64,000 nucleotides of DNA, taken from the NCBI GenBank assembly GCA_902797685.1, contig CADBTQ010000089.1, positions 2,187 to 66,186 on the forward strand, in the 5' to 3' direction. The stretch comes from an uncultured Eubacteriales bacterium. Its GTDB lineage: Bacteria > Bacillota > Clostridia > Christensenellales > CAG-1252. Position 1 is the stretch's first letter. The number at the start of each line of letters is the position of its first letter. Below are positions 18,001-30,000 of this stretch, in pieces. Both the position numbers and the translations under genes were made by a program. A model generated the notes under the pieces. It was not told the origin of the DNA, ran no database searches, and was given only the letters and a program-made list of their open reading frames with translations.

Positions 18001-21000
18001 CGGGGTTGCCGATCATATCGATATACTTTTCGACGATTTTAACCTCGATCTGATCGAGATACTCGCTATCGACGTACAATTCGCGAACGTCCGTAGGCAG
18101 GGAGTCGACCACGTTACGGGCATTTTCCATTCGGAATTGGTCGCCCAAGATCACGTGGGAGAAATCCGCCACAAAATGCAAGCCGTATGCGGTCACACAG
18201 GTATTGTAGTTACGATCGTTGGCGTTGACGAGGGCACGCTCGGGAGCGTCCATCATTTGATAGAAATAGACGACCAAAGCGACAGAAGCCACTTCGTGCC
18301 CATCCATTTCATACGTCACGGCATAGGTCCTGTCGGGCGACAACGAAAGCGACGAAGTATAACCGCCCGAATACTCGGAAGCGATACGCTCTTCTATACT
18401 CGTCAGACGTGACGGCGAAACGTTACCGATGTTTTCGACCCCGTTGGAAACGGCGGTATCGTAAATCATACGGACGCTACGACTGACCAAAATGCCCATC
18501 TCGCCGAACGAATCGTACTCGAACGACAAAAGCAAGTAGTAAACGGCGTCTGCGGTAGGCAACGTTGTGAATGCGTTCGCAAGATAGGTTTGGATCGTGT
18601 TGACGTCGGCCGTAACGTAATCCTTGGCAGCCGCGCTCAGTCCGTTATAGCGTTCGACCAAATAATCGAAAGTACCCACATTATACATATAGGTATCCGT
18701 CGCTATCGTAGATCCGCCATCGTAGCCTTTGTATGTAGCGTCGCCGATCAAGCGTTCCACGGCTTGATCATACAGATAGCCGTCCAACTTATCCAAATAA
18801 TGATAGTAGTTGTCGGCGTTACCTTCACTAAACGCATTATCCAAAGCGATGCGCGCCGCGATCGCCGATTGCTCGGTCGCTTTGGTCACGGCCTCGAAGT
18901 AGGGATTGCTGCCTTCCACCAGTCCTCGCATCGCCTCGTCGTTGCTTTGTAGTTTCGTCACCAATGCCTCGGACGTCCAATTGGCGGACAGTCCGTCTTG
19001 TACGGTATCGATGATGGTGCAGTAGAATTGATACAATTCGTTTTTGGCAACCACCGATTGAAGTCTGCCGTTTTGTAGTGAAGTAATCGTGCTCAGGCGT
19101 GAGAACAATTCGCGCAAAGACGATTGAACGGTCGCCTTGGTCGCGGCAAACGTGGAGGACACGCTGGGATCGGGCTCGATCGACGCGGCGCTCAACGCAC
19201 GAGACAACGCCTCAAGCGAAGCGACGTCAAGTAAGGCTTGCATGGTCAATTCCCCACCGACGGTATTGACCAAATCGTTGACGTAACCTGTAAACACGCT
19301 GACGCCATCCGTCAAGATCAAATCATTGACGGTCGATATGGCCTCGGTCAACGCAGAGTATTCACCGGCGCCCATACTAAGCGCCACTTCTTTGGCCGTA
19401 CCCGAAACACCCGTCACGGTATTACCCAGGACGTCGGTCAGAGGTAACGTCACTTGGTAGTCGTCGTCCAAACCTTGATAGAGTTGCTCGACAGTGTGCA
19501 CCCGCGAGTAGTCCATACTGGTCAAAGACTTATTCGTCAAGTCTGCCAACAGTTTGCCGACCGAAGCGCCCAGGTAATAATACAATTCCGCTTTGGTCGT
19601 ATCTAACACGTGATCGAGGCTTTCGTCCATATGATCGCGCAGTTTGCGCGCGGCGCTAAAAGCGATGTACGCATTGGCATAATCTCCATCGGCGAATAAC
19701 GTTTCGCCACGACGGACGAAAGTATCGATGGTATCAGCCAACACCAAAAACTCCATGACGGCATTATTCTCCGTCTCAACGATCGATAGATCGTATAAAG
19801 CGTCGATCAAGGCTTCGGCTCGCAACGCCGCTTGACGCTTGCAGTTGGGACATTGATAATTGTCGGGGAGGTCTTCCCAGTGCGCATTTGCCTGCAATGA
19901 CCCGATAGCATAGCCGGTGGCGGAGTCGTCTTCGTAACTGTAGTTGCTATAATCGCCCTCGCGGTATACGTAGCCGCAGTCGGGACACTTGTGCGAGGAA
20001 TAAGTATCTCTTTCAACGATGCCTTTGATAACGTACGAGAACGTGTCGTAACCGTCGATTCCCTTAACGGTATACACTGCCACTTCGTTGTACAAACGAG
20101 CAAATTTGCCGTTGCGCGGGGTGGTCGTCTCACCCGAGTCCTCGAATCGGAACGTGCTGTTTTGAGAGTCGATCTCAAAAGTGGAAACACCGTCATACAA
20201 CTTTTTGAGGATCTGGCTGCTGGATACCGTCAAGTCCACGCTGAGGGGGCGGCGGGCAATAACCCACGATAGCAGTTTACCTTCGGAAGGCAATTGATAG
20301 TTGTAGTCGAATTGACAGCTCCCATACGCTTTCGCATTGCCCTCGCTATCATAGTAAGCCGTATTGTCTACGGCAGACATAATGGACATAACCTTAGCCC
20401 GATAGTTGTCGCCCGCGTCAATGGCGACCCATCTTTCTACGCCGTTTTCGTCATATTCATCGGTTTCCAGCTTAATGTACACGATCGAGGGTACGACCGA
20501 ACCGTTACGCAAAGCGTAATAATCGACGCCCACACCCAACGCTTGCACGCTGTGTTCGATACCATCGTACACAGGCGGATTGGCGGGGTCATAGTCGATA
20601 CCGTCAACTTGCCAGTGCAAAGCGACGGTAAACTTGTTGATCGTCAGCGTCTTGTCGGAATAGGCAATGTTGTAATTGCGCTCGATATAATCCAAATCGT
20701 CGATAGAAGAGTCAAAATCGCAAGACAAAGTATAGTCACCTGCCAAACGCAATTCGTTAGTTTGACCATTGTTGGCGGCATAGCCGTCCGCATATTCGGC
20801 GGTGGGTTCCGCCAGCACCTTCAAATAAACTCTTCCCGACTGAGCGTCCTCGGCAAAAGCGGCGAAGTAAGCGCTGATGTTGTCGTATTGATCATAACCG
20901 GAGAAGGTAAAGGCAACGTCGTCCAAACTGATAAACTCTCCCGTAATGGGCGATTTCGCCAGCCACAAAACCCTCGTGTTGTATTTTGCAATACGTAACA

Positions 21001-24000
21001 GGGCGCTACCTTCCCAATTCTCATAGTTGGGATCGTTCCAAACGATAGCGGAGACCAGATAATAACCCGCCTGTTTGACGCTAGGCATAGTACGCTCCAC
21101 GCCGGCGGCTATCTTTTCGGAGACGGAAAGGACGTCGTTGCCGTCGGTATCCACGTATTGATTACCGTGTAACACGGGAGTAGCGGAGATGGAACCGCCA
21201 ACGATCGCCAAGCTGCCCGTATAAGACAGTTCGTCCACGTAGTAACGGATGTCCGCGACTCTGCCGTCGGGCAAATACATGGTATTCATCGACGTACTGA
21301 AGTGGCTTCCGCTGGGATCGGAAGGCGACTTGGATGCAACGTAAAGTCCGTAATTTGAGCCCTTGTAAACCAACGGATCGCCGTCAGACTCCAAGTAATC
21401 GGCCAAATCGAACGTATCGATAACGCCTTTGGACAAGCGAACGTTGATCGTCCGCGACCAGCCCTCGTAGTTATCCGTCTCAAACACAACGGCGGTGATA
21501 GCGTACGATCCCGCGTTGGTGATACCGTTGTTGCCGCTGTTATACGAGTCATCCGGACCGAAGTACGAGTATTCGCCGTTGACGTAAGTCATCTCGACCT
21601 CGATATCATCGTACTGATACTTGCGCGTATACGCCGTGTACGAACGATCATCACTGTTTTGACGGCTCAATATCAATTGTTTGTAGTCCTCTCCGGAGGA
21701 AGGATCTACCGCGAAGAAGTAGTAATAGTTGCCCAAGTAGTAACTGCCGAGATCCAGTTCACCCGTGTATTGGAAAGCGAAGTAGGAATCGATCGACGCT
21801 TTTTGCATAACGACGTTAGTGAACTGATTGTTTTGCAGATCATAGTTTTTGACGATGGCGTTGGGCACTTGCACGTACATCGAATACGTGCCCGCGTTAC
21901 GCATGACGGCGACCCTTACGCCATCCTTCAACATCTCGATACCCATGGCTATCACGTTGCCGTTACCGTCGGTATAGTCGTAATCTTGGGCAAATACGGA
22001 CATATGGACCACGCCGTTGGCGTCTGCGCCATAGGCGGCGACGTCTCTATCCTCACCCAATAGCTCGAACCAAGCGCTAACGGCGCGCTCTTGCCCGTTA
22101 TAAACCAACCCGTCCGAATTGGGACGATCCCATTCCACCGACGTAGAATACTTGGCAATGGTCGCAGTCTTGGTCAAATCGAGTAAGAGATAGTTGTCAC
22201 CGATCGTCTTGTACGTACCGGCGGCAATGCCTTCATATTCGCCGGATGCAATCGTCCAACTGCTAAGACGGCTGTCCGTCGAAGCAAGAACTTCATATTC
22301 GCCGGCGTCACGGTAGGTCGTGGAAACTCCGTTCCGTTGGAAACGCAGATCGAACAAGAACAAGCCGTTATTTGACAACGAGATATCGTTGGCGTCATCG
22401 CCGAGCATATCTACGAAAGCATAGGTGACGGTGTAAGGTTGCACGCCGTTGGCAGTGTTGGCGGTCAGTGACGACATGTCGCGAGCATAACCGTTATAAG
22501 TCAAGTCAAGATCCACCCATTTGATCGTAGAAACCAACGGGATCAACAAAGGCTTGGACGCCGTGGCGGTGACGGTGGTGACCAATTGATAATTGACGCC
22601 GTCGATTCCCACGAAGCCAAACACAACCTCGGTGACTTCTCGTACGTTTTTGCTGTCGTAATGCGCGGACAGAGAAACACTGTCTCCTTCGAAAGTACGA
22701 TATCCTTCGACGTAATACTCACGATCGTTGAGATCGATGGAAGTATTGTTAAAAGTAGGACGCACGCGGTCGGTACCGTCGTATACGCGACTCCAGTCGA
22801 TGCCGTCGATCAACTTAATCTGTTTGGGCAAGATAGTACCATACAACTCGTCGTAGACATAGTTATTCACCAACCCTGCCACATCGGTATCCATTGTAAC
22901 GACCATCGGTTTAGACGTACCCGCGGTCTTTGTCGCAAACGAAACGCTTACGGACAAATCGTTGGCGTCCAAAGGCGCGATACCCGTTACCGTATAAGCC
23001 GAATAATCGATCGTCGTATCGTACACCTTGGTCCAAGCGCCTAATTCGGAAGTGGAAGTGAAAGTGAGACGTCGTTTTTCGATCGTGAGTTCGCAGTATT
23101 TGATCCAAGGCTCATAATCGTCTCGGATCGATTCGTCCATAACGATCTCGGCACGCACATAGTTAGTGCCGGCGTTCTTGAGGCCCACAAACGCGTTTTC
23201 GTACAGATTGCCGTTGTCGGTATTAAATGTGTACGAAATGGTAGCGCTGTCGTCGCCTTGCATATAAGCGGAAACGTCAGACACCAAGGGAGCGTCGTGC
23301 CATTCTTCTTGGTCGTATGCGCTGACGTAGTGGGTCGCGCCGTCATAAGTGACGGTTTGCCCGACCAAATACAAATCGACGGTCGCTTTTTCGATCGTAA
23401 TGCATTGTATCAACTCCCACGAGTTAGACAGGTCGTAGTTGCCATCGTCGAAGCAAGCGATCACGACGTATTCGCCCGCATGGTACAACGAACTCGGCTG
23501 CTTACCTATCAAGGACTCGACGGAAGCGCCGTCGACTTTGACATACTCCGCCGAAGTGGCGACAAAGGACGGATCGCTCAAAGTGGAGTAATCCCAGCTC
23601 AACGTACTCGACAGATAAACCGACATGGGCAACGTCTGCGCGCCGCCCTCGGCGGATACCTTAGTCAAGGAAGCGTATACTTGAGACGTTTGATCGTAAC
23701 CGTTATAGGTCATGCCGTTTCCGGCGGGCTTATGCCATACCAACGACGTGGCAAACGGCAAAATACGATAAGGTGCGGTAGCGACCCAACTATCGTAATT
23801 GCCGTTGGCGTCGGCGGTGATCTCGGCACGAATGGTATAGGTACCCACGTCCTTGACGCCGCTCATCGCGACATACGCGCTTCCGTTCTTGGACACGGTA
23901 TAGTCGATACCGATGGTCAGTTGACGTCCGCTTGCCAACGTGTAAGTCAACGTTTCGACCGTGCTGTCCAACCAAGCGGAGGTACGGTTGTTGACGCCAA

Positions 24001-27000
24001 CGTAGTGAGTCAAACCGTCGTAAACTTGATCCGAATCGGGTCCGTTGAAAGAAAGCGAACCCAAGTAACCTTCCGCTGCGTTGATCTCGCCGTCTTTGAA
24101 TGCAAACACGAGTTTGGTGATCTCGAGGACGACGACTTTTTCGAATCCGTCGTAGTTGACGTCAGCGGCGATCGTCGCTTTGACCCATACCTTGCCCGCA
24201 TTTGTCAATCCCGCAAAGGTATGATCGAACGCACCGTTTTCGGCGGTGGCATACGTATACGATACCGGAATCACGAACGTACCGTTGGCGTTGCCGACAT
24301 ACGTGATACCATGCGGATCAACGGTGTAGTACAAAGACGCCTCGGGCGCGGTGTCGTTCCATTCGTTGAGATTGCGGCTGATCGTGGCGTAGTGGGTCAG
24401 TGCGTCGTAAGGCAGAGTCTTGCCGACCAAGTACAGTTCACCCAAGCTATCCGCCGTCCAGTGCAATTTTTCGATATGCAGCGTTACGGTGTCCGTCCAA
24501 CCTTCGTAGTTGGTCGTCTCCGCGATCGTAGCGGTGATAGAGTAATCGCCCGCGTTTTTGGTCGGGACAAAGTCCGCTCCGCCCACCGTATAGGCGACGG
24601 GGATACGCAGGGACACGCTACCCGTCTCGATCGTCAACTCGTTGATGTAGTCGTCCACCCAGTCGTCTTCGCTACGCGAAACGCCCGCAAAGTGCTCCGC
24701 GTTGTCGAAGATCAGATCGGCGCCGGTGTAATACAGTGCGCCCAATTCTCCTTCGACCCAAGCCAGTTTGCGGATACGCAAAGTCGCCGTCTTGACCCAA
24801 CCTTCGTAGTTATCGGTACCGACCACTTCGGCGCGCACGTTGTACACACCCGCGTCGGTCGCCGAAACGAAGGGATCCGAATAGGTACCCGTCGCACCCA
24901 AGAAATAGGTGTACGCCACGTCGATCGACAACGTCCCGCCCGCCAAGACGTATTGCAACGTCGTGGGTTGTTGATCCAAATAGGCGTTGGCGTCGTTGAC
25001 GCTCATATAGTGGGTCAATCCGTCGTAAGCGAATTCGGTGCCCACGAAGTATTTGACGCCCAAGTAACCTTTGGCGATATTGACGTCCGAAGTCTCGGGA
25101 TCCAAAGCAAATTGCAATTTGCTGATGGTCAAAGTCGCCTCGCCCTCGAACCCATCGTAATTGGCGGTGGAGGCGATCGTCGCTTTGACGTGATAGACTC
25201 CGGCGTTGGTAGCCGACGTAAAGTCGGAGTCATAGCTGCCGCTTGCGCCGACATAGTAGGTATAGTTGATGGCGATCACCAACTCGCCGCCCGCAAGCGA
25301 ATAGGTCAAAGACAGAGGATGCGTATTGGTATACGCGTTGGAGTAACTGACGCCGATCGTATGCGAAAGCATATCGTAAGCGGTGGTGGTACCCACGAAA
25401 TACAAATTGCCGAGTTTGCCTGCCGAAACGTCGATCGAAGCGCCGCTGAACGTGAGTTTTTTCACTTCGAAGGTGGCAAACCCTTCCCACCCCTCGTAAT
25501 CCTCGGAGGCGGCGATGGAAGCGCGAACGTACACCTTGCCGCAGTTGCTGATACCTCCAAACGTTTCCACATAGTTGTCGGAACCGTCGGTATTGTAGGT
25601 ATAAACGACGGGAACTACGACGTTGGCAGTCGGATCGCCATTGGACAGCAAACTAACGCCGTCTTGTTCGACCAAGTAACTCAAGCTTGTCAACAAGGAG
25701 GGGTTGAACGCGTTGTCGGTGTTGACGCCCACGTAATGGGTAAGCATATCGTAATAGGACTCGCCGCTCACGAAGTAGAGTTGATCGAAGTCGTGTTGGG
25801 CGCCCGTCCACTTGATCTTTTGGATAGTCAGTTCGACCTCGCCTTCCCATCCGTCGTAGTTGTTGGTCTCCGCTACGATCGCTTTGATCGAATAGGTCGC
25901 GGAATGCAGCGCGCCGTCAAACGCGTTGTCATAATTGCCCTCGCCCACGTGATAACGGTATTCCACGGGGATCTGCAAGGTCAGATCGCCGTACTGATAG
26001 GTCAACTCGGTCACGTTTTGATCCACGTACGAGTCCGCCGTATGAGATACGCCGACGTAGTGGGTGGTCGCGTCGTAAGTGCGGGTCGTACCCGTCAAAT
26101 ACAGTCTGCCCAAATGACCGGCGTCGTCGATCCATTGCAATTTGTCGATCGTAAAGGTCGCGGTATCCGTCCAACCTTCGTAGTTGATCCCTTCGACGAT
26201 ACTGGCGCGGATGTTGTAGACGCCAGCGTCTTGGCAATACTGGAATGCGTCGTCATAGTTGCCGCTGCCTAGGGCGCCCTTGTAATACGTATAAGCGACG
26301 GGAACGGCAAGATCGTAGTTGCTTCCGTTGCCGATGACAAAGCCGTGCCGCTCTTGGTCGTACACATAATACAAAGTGGTCACGTATTCGTTGTTGTACG
26401 CGTTGACGGTATTGACGCCCACGTAGTGGCGAGCACCGTCGTACAATAGCGAATTGCCCTCGTTGCCGACGAAGTACAGTTGATCCAAGTGACCGCTTTG
26501 CCCGTTCCACTTGAGCGCGTCGATTTGCAAAGTCGCCGTATCCGACCAAGCGCCGTAGTTGCCGTTGACGTCCGCTTCGATCACCGCTTTGACGTAGTAA
26601 AGCCCCGCGTCGCGCTGACCGACGAAGGAAGATCCGTACGTCGACGTGCCATCGGTGTTGTACACATAGCTGACGGGGATCACCAAACTGTTGGATCCCA
26701 GTTGCACCGTGATGCCCGAAACGAGTTGATCGAGCCAAGCGCTTCCCTCGGTCACGCCGAGATAGTGAGTGCTCGCGTCAAAGAGGGTCTCGCCGCTGTT
26801 GAGGCGCAGATCGCCGATCTCCCCTGCGACGTATTGCAAGGGCGAGATGACCAAACTGGCGTCGCGAGACCACGCTTCGTAGTTGTTGGCGTTGCGGTCA
26901 TTAGCATAACCGACGACCGCTCTCAAATAGTAGGTACGACTGTTGACGGCACCGGTAAAGACGTTCTCATAGACATCTCCGCCGTCCACGTTGTAGTAGT

Positions 27001-30000
27001 AAGTGATCGTCGCCACGCCGTCGGTTCCCAACAAAGACACTTCGCTCAAAGGCGTGCTGCTGTAAGCGTCGGCTGTGTTGACGTATGCGTTGTGCATCAA
27101 CATATCGTACTTGAACTCGTTGCCAACGAAGTACAGCGAGGTCAGTTGACCATTGCCGAATCTGGCACGCTCGATAGTCAAAGTAGCGGATTGAGACCAC
27201 GCTTGCCAGCCACCGTCGGCAGGAGACGCAACATGTGCGGTCACCACATAAGTGCCCGCGTCGATCACGCCCGTAAAGGCGCCCTTGTCCACTCCGTTTT
27301 GAGTATACGTGTAGGTAACGCCGACGTCGATCGTACCACCCGCCAACACGTACGAGAAACTGCTTGCGAGCGAGTTGCTCCAACCATCGGTACGGCTGAC
27401 GCCCGTATAGTAGGTATTGGTGTCGTAGGATACGGTGTGATCCACGATATACAAACCGCCCAAATATCCGTTGGCAACGTCGGCGGCGCCCGTCGAAGGA
27501 TCGACGGCAAACACCAGCTGTTTGACGAGCAAGGTGGCGGTATCCGTCCACGCGTCGTTGTTGACGGTAGCGGCGATACTCGCCGTGATCGTATAAGTCC
27601 CCGCCACCGAAGTGCCGTCGAACGCCACGCCGCCTTGTTGATACACTACAGGCAAACTGACGTTGCCGTCGAAGTAGGTGATCGCATCCACTCTCGCGTC
27701 CACCGATTCGTCCGACTTGCTGACGCCCACATAGTGGCTCAACTTGTCGTAAGCGACGGTGACGTCGCCGAAGTAGAGCGTTCCGACATAACCTTTGGCG
27801 GGTTGTCCTTCGGCAAAGTGCAATTTGTTAATGGTCAAACGAGCCGAAGAGGTCCACGCGACGTAGTTGTCGCCCTCCGCGATATGCGCGGTAACGTCGT
27901 AAGTCCCCGCGTCGGTGGCACCCGTAAACGCTTGGGCTTCGCCGCCGTTGTAGGAGGCGGTATAACTGACGCTCACGGTCAAGCCGAGGGACTCGTAGTG
28001 AATAACGGAGACCATATCGTCCAAATATGCGTTAGAACGATTGACCCCCACGTAGTGCGAGATCGCATCGTATGCGCGTTCGTTGCCGACCAAATAGAGT
28101 TGACCGAGGTGTCCGTCTTCGTCTGTAAAGCGAAGTTTTTGGATCTGCAGCGTGGCGACGCTCGTCCAGAACTCGTAGTTTTGCGCTACGTCGTTATCTT
28201 CGATCTCGGTCAACGCTTGCACGTAATAGGTACCGGCGTTGATCGCACCCGCAAAGGTATTGGGGTAAGTATCGTTATCCACGGTGTTGTAATAGTATCT
28301 GATCTTCGCTGTGCCGTCGCCCGAAAGCAACGCCACCGTTGCGGTTGCGCTATCCAAATATTCGTCGATGGTGTTGACGCCCACGTAATGGCGATCAGCG
28401 TCATAGATGCGGGTACTTCCGTTGAGATACAAGGCGGGCAAATGACCCAATGAACCGTCGAATCTCACTTTGTCGACAATGACGGTACCTGTCAAAGTCA
28501 CGTCCTCGTAGTCGCTATATCCGCCTACTTCGTGGTGCAAAATCGCGGTCAACGCATATTCGCCCGCGTTTTTGATCCCCGCAAAGGAAGATCCGTTAGC
28601 TAGCAAAGTGACCGAGGCGGTATCGCCTAACGCCAAACCGTCGCTCAACGCCATACCGCTCGGACGAATGCTAAACGATGACACGAACGATCCGTTGTCG
28701 TCCAAGTAGGTTTGGGTCGCACCGTTGACATTGACGTTGACGTGCAAGGTATGCGTATCATAGACTTTTTGGAACACGCTGCCGCTTTCTTCGATCAAAC
28801 CGAACGTCCTCGCTTGCTCGTTGCCGCTGACCGCCGCCCACATCGTGGCTTTGCTTACCGTCAACGTAGCGGTTGCGCTGTAAGCGTTGTAATCGCGATG
28901 CGATACGGTGGCGGTGATTTCGTACGTGCCGGCGTGCAAAGCGCCCGCAAACGCCGAGTCGCCCACCGTATACGATACTGCCGCTTGCTCCGCAAACGAA
29001 GTATTGGTACTGGGACTGACCGTCACGGTATCGCCAAGCGAAGCGCGCGAGATGGCGTTGGCATTGGTGGACGTGACCAAATTGAGGAAGTAGTCGCTAC
29101 CGTCGTAAGTCACCGTTTGTCCGGCAAAGGATATGCCGGAAATGGTGGCGGGCGTAATGGTCAGAGTCCCCGCGATCGTCTTGGCAAAGTAGTTGGAGTT
29201 GTACGCGATCGTATTGCTTGCTGCGTTTTCGTTGATATAGACGGTGACGGTATAAACGTCGGCATGCAACATCGACACTTTGCCGTTACCGTACACGATA
29301 CCGTCCGAACTTCCGCTCGCGGAAGACACGCTGTAGCGGATATTGACGTTTTCTTCAAACTGCGTCTGATTGTCGGTGACCGCATAATCTTTGCTTTCGC
29401 CGGTATAAACGCCGGACACGGAAGAAACGCGAATGGACGTGATATCCACCGGCCAAATGATCATCGTATTGGTCAAAACTTTTTGCTCGTAATCGTTGAC
29501 CGCTTCGCCTATGGCGGTGATGGTCGCCGTGATGCGGTAACTACCCGCGTCTTTGGCGGTCGCGTTGTCGAATGCACCCCTATCCGCAAAGCTGTTAGAA
29601 CCGGGAGCGGCGTATTCGTAGGTATAGGTCACGCTTGCCAAATCGGAAGTGTTGGCGCCGCCGATCGTCAAGGTGATCTGCGATACGATAGACGTGTTGA
29701 TGATGTCCGCGCTACGGCTGACGCCCACCGAATAATAGGAATTGGTGTAGTCGTAATGTCTTGGGTTGGTACCGTCCGCATTGGTGGTCAACTCGGGCAA
29801 ATTGAGATAGACGCTCTCGATCTGGATCGCGTTGACGGTGACGGTGACCTCGGACAAGACGTAATCGACGTAGTTGTCGTTGTGCAAGACGGCGCTTATG
29901 CGATAGGTACCCGCATGCAGTAGCGAATGGGTATTGGTGACCGTACCGACGGGATTGGTGTACACGTAGGTATAGGTGATCTCCGCCTCGTCCGTACCCG

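Noticed and set aside
15653-18412. Plus-strand ORFs 15653..16771 (372 aa) and 16868..18412 (514 aa).
   Set aside because: They are antisense to the GLUG and helical parts of the giant gene. The sense frame carries the recognisable motifs.
23258-26272. 1,004-aa plus-strand ORF.
   Set aside because: It is a shadow ORF antisense to the giant gene. Its repeats merely mirror the sense-strand modules.
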